64,000 nt of DNA from a virus (Duplodnaviria; Caudoviricetes). Position 1 is the first letter of the stretch. Each line of letters opens with the position of its first letter. Below the pieces are notes generated by a model. The model saw only the letters and a list, made by a program, of their open reading frames with translations. It ran no database searches and was not told the origin of the DNA. The stretch lies in IMG/VR virus record IMGVR_UViG_3300010347_000503, positions 1 to 64,000 of that record; one strand, given 5' to 3'. A program made the position numbers and the translations under genes. Below, piece after piece: positions 19,599 through 29,235 of the stretch.

Positions 19599-20333
19599 AT
19601 GAAGAATTATAAATTTGAAGTTGGCGATATGATTAAAATTTTAGATGGTCATGAAATTAAAGATTATGCGGGCGGATGGTGTCCTGATGATATGAATCAT
19701 CTTATTGGTAAAACATATAAAATATTTGATATTTGCGATCCAAAGTATAGAGGAGAAAGAGTTCACTATAGAATTCGAGATGAAAAAGGTGATCCATGGA
19801 GCATTGATGCACGCGGGGCAGAAAAAGTAGAAAAAAATAAGTCAATCTATAAATTTGAAGTTGGCGATATGATTAAAATTTTAGATGGTCATGAAATTAA
19901 AGATTATGCGGGCGGATGGTATCCTGATGATATGAATCATCTTATTGGTAAAACATATAAAATATTTGATATTTGCGATCCAAAGTATAGAGGAGAAAGA
20001 GTTCACTATAGAATTCGAGATGAAAAAGGTGATCCATGGAGCATTGATGCACGCGGGGCAGAAAAAGTAGAAAAAAATAAGTCAATCTATATTTTTGAAC
20101 ATATATCAAAGAAAGGTCGTCGCGTAGTTAATGCTTGGCAGGACGATGTTGTTGGTAGTGCAGTATGCCACCCTGAAGATGAGTTTGACTATTACTACGG
20201 TATAGAATTAGCTCTCAAGAGATTGAGAGAAGCACAAGCGAGAGAAGCAAAAAAAGAAGCTATCGCAAAGAAGAATGCGGAAATCGAAGCATTAATGGAA
20301 AACAATTATACAGCAAAAGGATTTATGATTTAA
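19599..20333 (+). CDS. Hypothetical protein with a 240-bp internal tandem duplication (KOW/SH3-like domain x2)
   Basis: FEVGDMIKILD domain repeated; the copies differ at one base seen. Confidence 0.75.
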   Translation: MKNYKFEVGDMIKILDGHEIKDYAGGWCPDDMNHLIGKTYKIFDICDPKYRGERVHYRIRDEKGDPWSIDARGAEKVEKNKSIYKFEVGDMIKILDGHEIKDYAGGWYPDDMNHLIGKTYKIFDICDPKYRGERVHYRIRDEKGDPWSIDARGAEKVEKNKSIYIFEHISKKGRRVVNAWQDDVVGSAVCHPEDEFDYYYGIELALKRLREAQAREAKKEAIAKKNAEIEALMENNYTAKGFMI

Positions 20334-20422
20334 ATAAAAAAGGCACTTTAAAGTGCCTTCTTTATTTTTCAAAAAATTTTTGATATAATATATATAAGAA
20401 ATAAAGAAAAGGAGAAAAAATA

Positions 20423-20575
20423 ATGCAGACATTATATGAATTATGGTGCAAATGGTTTGGTCATAAATGGATTGTTACTATTAATAATGCTTATCAGAAA
20501 GTAGAAATCTGTGAAAGATGTGGAAAGATTCGTAAGCATATTAAAAGATATATTCCTAGTGACGAAAGGCGGTGA
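20423..20575 (+). CDS. Hypothetical 50-aa protein (C..GH..C..C)
   Basis: RBS AAGGAG; has a promoter. Confidence 0.5.
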   Translation: MQTLYELWCKWFGHKWIVTINNAYQKVEICERCGKIRKHIKRYIPSDERR

Positions 20576-20580
20576 TATTA

Positions 20581-20742
20581 ATGAAACAGTATATTGTATA
20601 TTATATTTGGAAAGATTTAGATAGTGGAGAAACAAGAGAAACAGTAAGTGACTATCCAAAATATGAAATTGGTGATAGATTTGGTAACTGGGTAGTTATT
20701 GATTACGCGGAAGAGTTAATTGATGATGAGGAGGAAATATAA
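20581..20742 (+). CDS. Hypothetical 53-aa protein
   Basis: RBS GGCGGTG; overlaps the next start. Confidence 0.55.
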   Translation: MKQYIVYYIWKDLDSGETRETVSDYPKYEIGDRFGNWVVIDYAEELIDDEEEI

Positions 20743-21620
20743 TGTCTGAATATGTAATGGCTCCTTCATATTGTGATTATGAAACAATTGGTAGCCCCTA
20801 CTTTAAGAATGGTAAGATGTACACAAGAGCACGTATAAAGTGTGACCGTTGTATAAATGGGGTATATGTATGCAGAATTGAAAATGGGCAGCCTGTACCG
20901 CATCCTGTTGCGGATGGCGTGTGCTTTAGATGCAACGGGTCTGGCTATATCTCTAAGGAAGTTAGACTCTATTCTGTCGCAGAAGCAGAAAAGATGGAGA
21001 AACGTAATGAGGAAGCCCGCATTAAGAGAGCGGCTGCCGCAGAAGCTAAAATGAAAGCAGAATATGCAGAGAAGAAAGCAAAATGGATTGAGGATCATGG
21101 ATTTTCTAATGATGGCGTAACTTATGTCATTACTACTGGCGATTCTTATTCTATCAAAGATGAACTCAAAGCTGCGGGATTTATTTTTGACTATACTTTA
21201 AAATGGCATAAGGCGGAAGTTCCTGTAGAATATGCTGACCGTGTAAAAGAAATTAAAATGGATGATATTATTGAATTTTCTGCTTGGGGTGAAGGACATT
21301 ATAAGAACGGCGCCGCAGATTATATTGAAAAAGTTTTAGTCGAAAACTCTGAAGATGCATCTTCCGCCTGGATTGGGACAAAAGGAGATAAGATTGATGT
21401 TGATGTTACTTTTGTTTCTAAACGCGGATACCAGAGTAAATATGGTTATTCTAATGTATATACATTTAGAACTGCGAAAGGTAATCTTCTTACTTGGTTT
21501 TCTACTGTTGAAGTTAAGAAAGAAATTGGTGAAAAATTTAATCTTACTGCAACTATTAAAGATCATAGTGAATACAAAGGAATTAAATCTACAGTTATTA
21601 CAAGAGGGAAAATAAAGTGA
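20742..21620 (+). CDS. Hypothetical protein with N-terminal Zn motifs and a C-terminal OB-like domain
   Basis: CDRC...CFRCNGSG; beta-rich C-terminus. Confidence 0.7.
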   Translation: MSEYVMAPSYCDYETIGSPYFKNGKMYTRARIKCDRCINGVYVCRIENGQPVPHPVADGVCFRCNGSGYISKEVRLYSVAEAEKMEKRNEEARIKRAAAAEAKMKAEYAEKKAKWIEDHGFSNDGVTYVITTGDSYSIKDELKAAGFIFDYTLKWHKAEVPVEYADRVKEIKMDDIIEFSAWGEGHYKNGAADYIEKVLVENSEDASSAWIGTKGDKIDVDVTFVSKRGYQSKYGYSNVYTFRTAKGNLLTWFSTVEVKKEIGEKFNLTATIKDHSEYKGIKSTVITRGKIK

Positions 21621-21970
21621 ATTAGTATTGCTTAATTATAGAAGTAAATAAGACATAAGTAAAAGGAGATAAAGAAATGTATGATTTAGAGGATTTCTTA
21701 CAAGGGGCATTAATGAATGAACCAAGCGGTATCTGAAGGAGAAATGAGTTGTTATTGGGATCATTATGTAGATGATGAAGTAAAGAGTAAATTAGAAACT
21801 CTTGGATATAAAGTAACATCTGGTTCTCAATATAATGAAAGTTATATTAATATTAGTTGGAAATTATAAAATAAATAATCTTAAAGGTGGAAAAATCTTC
21901 CGCCTTTACTTTTTTAAAAAATTATAATATAATATATATAGAAAAAGAAAAAAGAATGAGGTGATATATA

Positions 21971-22168
21971 ATGAATTTTACAGAAAGTTTAACAAAAAGA
22001 ATTTATGGACGTGGAAGAAAACAAGAACTGGTAGAAACAATGTATTGTGAAAATTGCGGGAAGCGGGTACCAGTTCGAGATGCGCGAATGTGTTATACGA
22101 CAAAAGGAAAAGTGAAAGTATGTGAAGAATGTTATTGTCGTTATAATGCAAGTAATAGATTGCCATAA
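21971..22168 (+). CDS. Zinc-finger protein
   Basis: CENCG...CEEC. Confidence 0.65.
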   Translation: MNFTESLTKRIYGRGRKQELVETMYCENCGKRVPVRDARMCYTTKGKVKVCEECYCRYNASNRLP

Positions 22169-22189
22169 CAAAAGAGAGGAGATAAAGTA

Positions 22190-22432
22190 ATGAAATTAAC
22201 ATATGTTCCTGTATTACATTTTGGAGAACCTAATTTAAACCAGGTTGGTTTTTATATGCTTGCAGAATCTCAAGAACGTGCAGATAAAATTATTGAATTT
22301 TGTAAGCAAGTAATTGATGATGGATATGATCCTAATGATTGTGATATTGATTATGAATATGTATGTGATTCTGATTTGCTTAGAATTAAATGTGAAGTAG
22401 AAAAATATTATCGAGAAAAAAGGAGAAAATAA
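22190..22432 (+). CDS. Hypothetical protein
   Basis: RBS GAGGAG. Confidence 0.65.
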   Translation: MKLTYVPVLHFGEPNLNQVGFYMLAESQERADKIIEFCKQVIDDGYDPNDCDIDYEYVCDSDLLRIKCEVEKYYREKRRK

Positions 22433-23808
22433 TGAATCAATATATTGATTTGGTTCAGAAAATTCCTGAATCTGATTTTAAGAATATGGAAAAATACATT
22501 AATTATACAGCTTATAAAAATAGATTTATTGGGAAAAAAGATTTACTACCTCAAGCTATAAGTTTGGAAGAATGGCTTCAGCAGTGGAGCCATTCTAAAC
22601 AAACTCTTTTTAAGTTAATGGGAAATAAATTAATTCAATCCTATCCTTTCTCTTGTGAAAAAAATAATGAAGCAATAGAAAAAGAAATGACTTTATTAAT
22701 TAACAATCACAAATTTTTTAATGGTGGTCTTGATGATTTAATTTTTTATATTAATAGAGAAATAACTGAAAAATATCCTATTGATTTTGATTGTGATTCA
22801 AGCGATTTTATAGCAGAGCAACGAAAAAAAAGAGATAAAATTTTCTCTTTTATTAATCAATTTGATTTTTATCCTATAAAATTATTTGCTAAAAATGAGC
22901 CACTTAAATTTGGAATTAAATATAAATTTAAAAATAAAAAGAAGACACTTCAAATTCCAATTTCAACTTCACCAATGCGGGCTATAGGTAAATTAGTAGA
23001 TTATTTTAAAGAAGAAGCGCCTAAAGCTAAAGAGCAATTTGAAGATTTTAGAATTAAACATTCTCAAATTTTAAATGATAAACATATCGAAGGGGAATTT
23101 TGTATTTCTATACACCCCTTTGATTTTATTACTATGAGTGATAATTCTTTGGGTTGGACATCTTGTATGAATTGGATAGATAAAGGTTGTTATCATACAG
23201 GAACAATAGAAATGATGAATTCAAATAATGTTGTTTGTTGCTATTTAAAAGCTAAAAATGATTTTTCTTGGGGTAGTGGTAATGAAAATGAAGGTCATTG
23301 GAATAATAAGAGATGGAGAAATTTAGCTTATGTAACAAAAGATATTATTTGCATGGGTAAATCTTATCCTTATCAACATAATGAAATGTCTAATTTTGCT
23401 CTTAAAAAACTTAAAGAACTTGCGGAAAATAATATTAATTGGACTTACTCTTTTGGTCCTGAACCATATAATGATATGAAATATTTCAATACTGAATATC
23501 CTTTTAGACGGCTGAGAGACTATAAAAAAATGGGTAATCTTACAAAACATAGTATTATTTTTGACACAAAAGGAATGTATAATGATTTTGTAAGTGACCA
23601 TAAAGTAACAAGGATGTGTATAAGAAATAAAGTAAAACAGTCTAAAATTATCTCTATTAGCGGAAGAGCTAATTGTCTTTGCTGTAATAAGACAATCATT
23701 AAAAGAGATAGCTATTATGATGGAGAGATTGAAGATTATAATGATAGATATACAAATGTAGCAAGTGTATTTTGTGAAGATTGTATTATAATCTTTATTG
23801 ATGGTTGA
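22432..23808 (+). CDS. Conserved-looking phage hypothetical protein (458 aa)
   Basis: Long ORF; ISIHPFDFITMS...WTSCM motif; C-terminal CxxC pairs. Confidence 0.8.
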   Translation: MNQYIDLVQKIPESDFKNMEKYINYTAYKNRFIGKKDLLPQAISLEEWLQQWSHSKQTLFKLMGNKLIQSYPFSCEKNNEAIEKEMTLLINNHKFFNGGLDDLIFYINREITEKYPIDFDCDSSDFIAEQRKKRDKIFSFINQFDFYPIKLFAKNEPLKFGIKYKFKNKKKTLQIPISTSPMRAIGKLVDYFKEEAPKAKEQFEDFRIKHSQILNDKHIEGEFCISIHPFDFITMSDNSLGWTSCMNWIDKGCYHTGTIEMMNSNNVVCCYLKAKNDFSWGSGNENEGHWNNKRWRNLAYVTKDIICMGKSYPYQHNEMSNFALKKLKELAENNINWTYSFGPEPYNDMKYFNTEYPFRRLRDYKKMGNLTKHSIIFDTKGMYNDFVSDHKVTRMCIRNKVKQSKIISISGRANCLCCNKTIIKRDSYYDGEIEDYNDRYTNVASVFCEDCIIIFIDG

Positions 23809-23984
23809 AATTTCTTATTTGAATTTTTTAAAAAATTTTGTTATAATAAATACATAAGATAAAGAGAAGCAAAAAAGTGAACGAAATAAAAAACTTCTTG
23901 AAATCTTAAAAAATTTTTGTTATAATATATACATAAGATAAAGAAAAAAATAAAATAAATATTTATTAAAAGGAGAAAATTATT

Positions 23985-24422
23985 ATGGCTAACACTAATA
24001 AGGCAACAAAGAAAGACGTATTGAGCGCAATTGCAACGGTTATCACCGAGGATTTTGAAGTTCAGGTTGGTGATGTAACTGTTACCGCGGAAGATGTAAA
24101 TGCTTATATTGAGAAGACTATTGACCAGCTGAATGCAAAAAATGAAAAAGCTAAGGTCCGGGCGGCAGAGAAAAAGGCGGATGGCGATGAGCTGAGAGCA
24201 AAGATTGAAGCAATTCTGACTGATGAATATCAGACTGGAGATCAGATTACTGCGGCTATTGGGGATAAGGAAGTTACCAAGGCGAAGGTTATCGCAAGAC
24301 TTACTCAGCTGTGTAAAGTAGATAAAGCTCGTAAGACTCAGGTTAAGACAGAAAATGGACGAAAGATTGTTGCATATGCAGCAGGTCCAGCTCTGGAAGC
24401 AGATGAAGAAGTAGAAGAGTAA
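23985..24422 (+). CDS. wHTH-containing DNA-binding protein, distantly like 6735/11727
   Basis: Strong RBS, tandem promoters, and an HTH-like C-terminus (TGDQITAAIG...KVIARLTQL). Confidence 0.6.
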   Translation: MANTNKATKKDVLSAIATVITEDFEVQVGDVTVTAEDVNAYIEKTIDQLNAKNEKAKVRAAEKKADGDELRAKIEAILTDEYQTGDQITAAIGDKEVTKAKVIARLTQLCKVDKARKTQVKTENGRKIVAYAAGPALEADEEVEE

Positions 24423-24529
24423 TATATACTTACATATAAGTAATATAAGAGCAAGGTGCAGAAAGTGCCTTGCTTTTTTAATTAATTTTTGTTATAATAT
24501 AATTAAGAAAATATTTTTGGAGGTTTATA

Positions 24530-25375
24530 ATGAATTTTGCAGTTAATTATAGAAAAGACTTCCGCTATTTTGATATAGTAGATGAAGTTATTTTTAAATA
24601 TACTGGTTCTGAATCAATAGTAGATGTTTTACCAACTTTAATCACAGAGAATCAAAAAGCAGTATTAGATATTAGTACAATAGAAGATGTTAATACAATT
24701 ATTCCATTTTTAAATGTTCTTAAAACAAAACATTCTAATTTTATTGTAAAAATAAATTTTATTGACCAAAAAGATTTTATAGAGGTTCTTGAAGAAAATG
24801 ATATTGACTTTTTCTTTATGAATTATTGTACTTATATTGATTCAGTTTATACTATGAAAGAATTAGGTGCTAAAGAAGTTTATATTACAGAAAATTTAGG
24901 ATTTCAGCTTCAAGATTTACAAGGATTGCGGAAGGCGGGGTTAAAACTTAGAATAATTCCTGATATAGTCCAGCGGGCAGGCGGCACAAAACCTATCATT
25001 CCCGCAATTTTAGGATTCTGGATTAGACCTGAGGATTTAAAAATATATGAAAAATATGTAGATACAATTGAATTTTTTAGACATGATGATCGTCTTTCTG
25101 TTGTTTATAAAATTTATAGAGATGGCGTTTGGGAAGGAAAACTTTGCGATATTATTCAAGATGCGGAAGACCTTGATATTGAAAGTAATAGATTAGGTAC
25201 TAATTTTGGATTATTAAGATTAAATTGTAGAAAAAAATGTCTTTTTGATGAAGATAAATGTAATTTATGTCCTTCTTTTCAAAATTTTGCATATAAATTA
25301 AAAGATGCTCATTTAGTATCAGATGAAAAAAGAGATAAAAAGTGGAGATTAAAAGATGAGTCTAAAATTAATTAA
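24530..25375 (+). CDS. Peptidase U32-like protein
   Basis: TIM-barrel-like pattern, IRPEDL motif and a C-terminal Cys cluster (CRKKC...CNLC). Confidence 0.45.
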   Translation: MNFAVNYRKDFRYFDIVDEVIFKYTGSESIVDVLPTLITENQKAVLDISTIEDVNTIIPFLNVLKTKHSNFIVKINFIDQKDFIEVLEENDIDFFFMNYCTYIDSVYTMKELGAKEVYITENLGFQLQDLQGLRKAGLKLRIIPDIVQRAGGTKPIIPAILGFWIRPEDLKIYEKYVDTIEFFRHDDRLSVVYKIYRDGVWEGKLCDIIQDAEDLDIESNRLGTNFGLLRLNCRKKCLFDEDKCNLCPSFQNFAYKLKDAHLVSDEKRDKKWRLKDESKIN

Positions 25376-26084
25376 AACATTATGTGAAACAGATACAGAT
25401 GATTTAGAAATTTTGCTATTTGATTTTTTAGCAAAAAATTATGCAAGAGTAATTAGTAAAGATGGTTATTATATGTTTGCAGAAGGTAATATTCCTGTTT
25501 GTTTAATAGCTCATATTGATACTGTAAGTTTAGATTACTATAATTCTTTACCTAATATGTGTTTATATGATAATGAGCAAGATATATTTCATGTAGTAGG
25601 GGGAGGAACTTTAGATGATAGATTAGGTATTTATATGATTTTAAGAATTATTCAAAGTGAATATAAACCAAGTATAATTTTTACAAATGGAGAAGAATTA
25701 GGTGGCTTTGGCGCAGAACAATTAATAAAAGATTATTTAAGCTGTCCTTTTGATATTAATTTTATAATAGAATTAGATAGAAAAGGAAAAAATGACTCTG
25801 TTTATTATACTTGTAATAATAAAAATTTTCAAAATTATATAAATTCTTTTGGATTTAAAACAGCAATAGGAACTTTTACAGATTGTTTAATTATAGGAGA
25901 AGCATGGAATATAGCCGCAGTAAATTTAAGTTGTGGATATGAATTAGAACACTCTATTTATGAATACGCTCATTTAAATTGGACTGAAAAAAATATTCAA
26001 AAAGTAAAAAAAATTCTTGACGACTGGGTAGGGGCAAAAAATGATCCTTCTTTAAAAATGATATATAATATCAAAGAAAAATAA
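25356..26084 (+). CDS. M28/M20-family Zn peptidase-like protein
   Basis: AHIDTV, LDDRLG, GEE, ELDR and EH metal ligands. Confidence 0.7.
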   Translation: MSLKLIKTLCETDTDDLEILLFDFLAKNYARVISKDGYYMFAEGNIPVCLIAHIDTVSLDYYNSLPNMCLYDNEQDIFHVVGGGTLDDRLGIYMILRIIQSEYKPSIIFTNGEELGGFGAEQLIKDYLSCPFDINFIIELDRKGKNDSVYYTCNNKNFQNYINSFGFKTAIGTFTDCLIIGEAWNIAAVNLSCGYELEHSIYEYAHLNWTEKNIQKVKKILDDWVGAKNDPSLKMIYNIKEK

Positions 26085-26096
26085 GGAGGAAAAGAA

Positions 26097-26842
26097 ATGC
26101 CTAGAAAAGCAGAAGATTTATCTAATAAAAAATTTGGAAGATTAACTGTTATTGAACGAGATTATAATCATGCTAAAAAGGGAGTCTTTTGGAAATGTTT
26201 ATGTGATTGTGGAAAAGAAAGAGTTGTTAGATCTGATAGACTAAAAAGTGGAGAAACTAAATCTTGTGGCTGTTATTCAAAAGATAAGTTAATTGAATAT
26301 AATCAAAATACAACTGCAAAAAATTTAATAAATCAAAGATTTGGAAAATTAACTGTAATTGAAAAACAGATAAAAGAGATGGTGGCAGTATAGTATGGAA
26401 ATGCCAATGTGATTGTGGAAGTATTCGTTATGTAAGAGGTACTTCTTTAATAGCAGGAGTTACAAAATCTTGTGGTTGTGTGAATTCTTGGGGAGAAGAA
26501 AAAATAAGTAATATTTTAAAAGAAAATAATATTTATTTTATTAAAGAAAAAACTTTTGATGATTTAAAATATTCTGATTCTCATAGAATGGCTCGTTTTG
26601 ATTTTGCTATTTATAATGAAAATAAAGAAAATTTTTATTTATTAGAATTTGATGGCAATCAACATATTAAACAGACATGGTATAGCCATGATGATTTAGA
26701 AAAAAGACAAGAGCATGATGAAATAAAAAATAAATATTGTAAAGATAACAATATTCCATTAATTAGAATACCTTATACTCATTTAAATGATTTGTGTTTA
26801 GATGATTTAAAACTTGAAACTAGTAATTTTATTCTTCATTGA
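26097..26842 (+). pseudogene. Homing endonuclease-like gene (Cys-rich repeats plus a DUF559/Vsr-like nuclease), frameshifted near 26365
   Basis: WKCLCDCG repeat; adding one A at GAAAAAC gives a continuous frame into SCGCVNSWGEEKI...FDF...EFDG.QH. Confidence 0.7.
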
Positions 26843-26898
26843 TTTTTAATAAAATTTTTGATATAATATATATGTAATAAATAAAAAGGAGATAAAAA

Positions 26899-27180
26899 AT
26901 GGCTGCAAAAGGAAGTCAGGCAAAAGAAGAGATTACAAAGAAGATTTTGGAAGTCTTTGATGGTGCTTTCATTAACGAAAAAGAGATTCGGATTCCATGG
27001 GTTGAGAATGGAGAGATTGTGCAGATTAAAGTAGCATTAACTTGCGCAAAAGTTAATATTGAAGGCGGGGCTGGAGTTGCTCCAGTGCAGCAGAATACCA
27101 CGGTTTCCGCAGAGGATAGACAGATTACACCAGACGAGAAAAAAGAAGTAGACGATCTAATTACAAGACTTGGACTGTAA
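26899..27180 (+). CDS. Hypothetical protein
   Basis: Promoter and RBS AAGGAG. Confidence 0.75.
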   Translation: MAAKGSQAKEEITKKILEVFDGAFINEKEIRIPWVENGEIVQIKVALTCAKVNIEGGAGVAPVQQNTTVSAEDRQITPDEKKEVDDLITRLGL

Positions 27181-27192
27181 GGAGAAAAAGGG

Positions 27193-27477
27193 ATGTTATT
27201 TAAAATGACGGAATGGCAATCAGCATCGGGAAATTGGTATTGTGGTTGTGTAGACAATTTAGCTGGAGATTCTGGTGCTTGGTACCTGCCAGCCCGCATT
27301 TTAAATATTACTCCCGTAGCTTTTATTGAATTATTAATAACAAAATTTAAGCCAGATGATGTTTGGTACAGTAAAGAAAAATGTATTTTGGTTTACTCTT
27401 GGAAAAGCCAGACTAAAATGAGAGCTTATAAAAATTGGTTGAATGCGGAAGCTCGTAAGAAAAATTTTCAAATTTAA
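27193..27477 (+). CDS. Hypothetical protein
   Basis: RBS AAGGAG. Confidence 0.75.
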   Translation: MLFKMTEWQSASGNWYCGCVDNLAGDSGAWYLPARILNITPVAFIELLITKFKPDDVWYSKEKCILVYSWKSQTKMRAYKNWLNAEARKKNFQI

Positions 27478-27579
27478 TGGACAAAGATCTAAAAAGTAAG
27501 TGGAGTTATTTTAATATAATAATACTTACTTGAAAAACTTAAAAATTTTTGTTATAATATATACATAAGATAAAAAAAA

Positions 27580-27696
27580 TGAGTGGTGGCGGAAAAGGTA
27601 GACGCTAAAAGGGCTCGGTACTTGATAGGGGAGAGGCAAAGAATTTGTGTCCTATCAACACAAAATTCATGTAAGGTGCAAATCCTTACCCACTCA
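27580..27696 (+). ncRNA. tRNA-like RNA (Leu-type D arm, T arm) with the anticodon region replaced by about 65 nt
   Basis: TGAGTGG/CCACTCA acceptor; GCGGAAAAGGTAGACGC D arm; GTAAGG-TGCAAAT-CCTTAC T arm; no canonical anticodon arm. Confidence 0.5.
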
Positions 27697-27700
27697 ATAA

Positions 27701-27771
27701 CCACGATTAGTACAATGGTAGTGCCTCCGTCTGATACGCGGATAACGGTGGACCGTAACCACCATCGTGGA
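27701..27771 (+). tRNA. tRNA-Ile(GAT), degenerate T loop
   Basis: TCCGT-CTGATAC-GCGGA; acceptor CCACGAT/ATCGTGG. Confidence 0.7.
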
Positions 27772-27889
27772 GTAGACACATTAACAGCAAATGTTTATAA
27801 TGGTGAAGAAAATCAAATGGGTTGATTTTTAGAGTGAACTTTGAGCGAGTTTTGATTAATCACTTCTTTCTCTCGCTCTTAAAAAAAAT

Positions 27890-28318
27890 AATAAGTTGGA
27901 AGTGGTCCTTACTGGTGGGTTGGTCATAAACCAGTCGTTTATAGAGATGCCTAGCATAGACCCTCTCACTTAGGTGCGAGAAGCCTTAAAGACGCGCGGT
28001 CAATGCTCTCGGTAATTAAAAGGTTTCCTAACGAGGTAAATAAAAAAGGAAAGTAATAGTTTGCAAACGAAAGGTATTGGTTGGTAGCCATTGGACAGAT
28101 CCAAAAATATCAACAAGATTTGAACTTCAAATCTATGAGTATCACGGCTAACGAAGAAATTTCACGCCGGTCGGAATGAGAAATTTCAGGCGGTCTTGCG
28201 GAAGACAAGGTTGAGTGACTCTGAAATCTTCCTTTATTATGCTCTGCCCCCCGCAAAGGGCAAGTAAAGAATGGGATGCGGCGGTGTCTCCTATGGAGGA
28301 GCCTGATACACCGGTCAC
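27890..28318 (+). ncRNA. Large structured ncRNA candidate (about 430 nt)
   Basis: ORF-poor, GC-elevated spacer inside the tRNA operon with several hairpins (e.g. GCCCCC-GCAA-AGGGC, GTCTT-GCGG-AAGAC). Confidence 0.45.
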
Positions 28319-28332
28319 AAATTCAGGCATAT

Positions 28333-28410
28333 GGTCCCTGAGTCTGCGGTAGGCGTGGACGCCGCCCTGTCACGGCGGAAACTAGACGGGTTCGACCCCC
28401 GTAGGGATCG
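28333..28410 (+). tRNA. tRNA-Asp(GTC)
   Basis: CCGCC-CTGTCAC-GGCGG; GGTTCGA T loop. Confidence 0.8.
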
Positions 28411-28421
28411 TTTAAAAATTT

Positions 28422-28493
28422 GGTTGCGTAGTGTAGCGGTTAACACGCCTGACTGTCTCTCAGGTAGCGTGGGTTCGAATCCCACCGTGATCG
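28422..28493 (+). tRNA. tRNA-Asp(GTC), second copy
   Basis: CCTGA-CTGTCTC-TCAGG; canonical D and T arms. Confidence 0.8.
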
Positions 28494-28494
28494 T

Positions 28495-28632
28495 TTTGCA
28501 GTAGCTCAATTGGAAGAGCGCTAGATGGTCTAATCTAGGTCACATTGACGATACGTCATAGTTAGAGCCAATGGATTAGTCACCCATTTAGGTTTCGGTA
28601 TGATGGTGCGGGTTCGAGTCCCGCCTGCATAG
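28495..28632 (+). ncRNA. tRNA-like RNA with an expanded (about 65 nt) variable region and a non-7-nt anticodon loop
   Basis: TAGCTCAATTGGAAGAGC D arm; CTAGA-TGGTCTAA-TCTAG; GCGGG-TTCGAGT-CCCGC T arm. Confidence 0.55.
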
Positions 28633-28635
28633 TTA

Positions 28636-28717
28636 GGGAGTTGAGCAATAAGACCATCCGGTTGGTAAGGCAGTAAGCCTCTGTAGAAAGAGGCGGGGTA
28701 GTACCCGCAACTCTTCC
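28636..28717 (+). ncRNA. Small tRNA/tmRNA-TLD-like RNA
   Basis: GGGAGTTG/CAACTCTT closing stem; GCGGG-GTAGTA-CCCGC T-like arm; no anticodon arm. Confidence 0.35.
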
Positions 28718-28726
28718 TCTCTATAT

Positions 28727-28798
28727 TGGGGTATAGTACAACGGTTAGTGCAGGCGTCTTATAAGCGTCTAACCTGGGTCCGACTCCCAGTACCCCGA
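28727..28798 (+). tRNA. tRNA-Ile(TAT)
   Basis: GGCGT-CTTATAA-GCGTC; acceptor TGGGGTA/TACCCCG. Confidence 0.8.
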
Positions 28799-28875
28799 CT
28801 AAAAAAGTTATTTGACATTTCTTAAAAATTATGATATGATATATATATCAAAAGAAAAAATAAGAGGTGATAAAA

Positions 28876-29178
28876 ATGATTGTTGCTATTCATGCATATG
28901 AAGAAATTTATGGTGGATTACATGGAATTGAAGATTATCTTGTTACTGAAGTAAAAGATTTAAAAATAGCAGAAGATATTGCATCAGATTTAGCTTATAA
29001 TGTAGTTGAGGATTATTCTTATAATTTTGATGAAGAAGATTTAGAAGATCCTGAATTATGTTGGGAAATCTATGAAATAATTGATACAAAAGGTAAAACT
29101 GTAGAAAAATTGAATATTGAATATCATTATGATTCAGAGGGTTTTCTTACTGAATATAATTGCGTTCAAGTAGTTTAA
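28876..29178 (+). CDS. Hypothetical acidic protein (paralog of 32923-33228)
   Basis: MIVAIHAYEE...; has promoter and RBS. Confidence 0.7.
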   Translation: MIVAIHAYEEIYGGLHGIEDYLVTEVKDLKIAEDIASDLAYNVVEDYSYNFDEEDLEDPELCWEIYEIIDTKGKTVEKLNIEYHYDSEGFLTEYNCVQVV

Positions 29179-29235
29179 AAAGTTATTTGACATTTTAAAA
29201 AAAATATGATATAATATATATATCAAAAGAAAAAA

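Noticed and set aside
27890-28318. Assigning GOLLD/ROOL or RNase P identity
   Set aside because: No diagnostic motif was recognised (no GAGGAAAGTCC), so it is left as an unnamed candidate.
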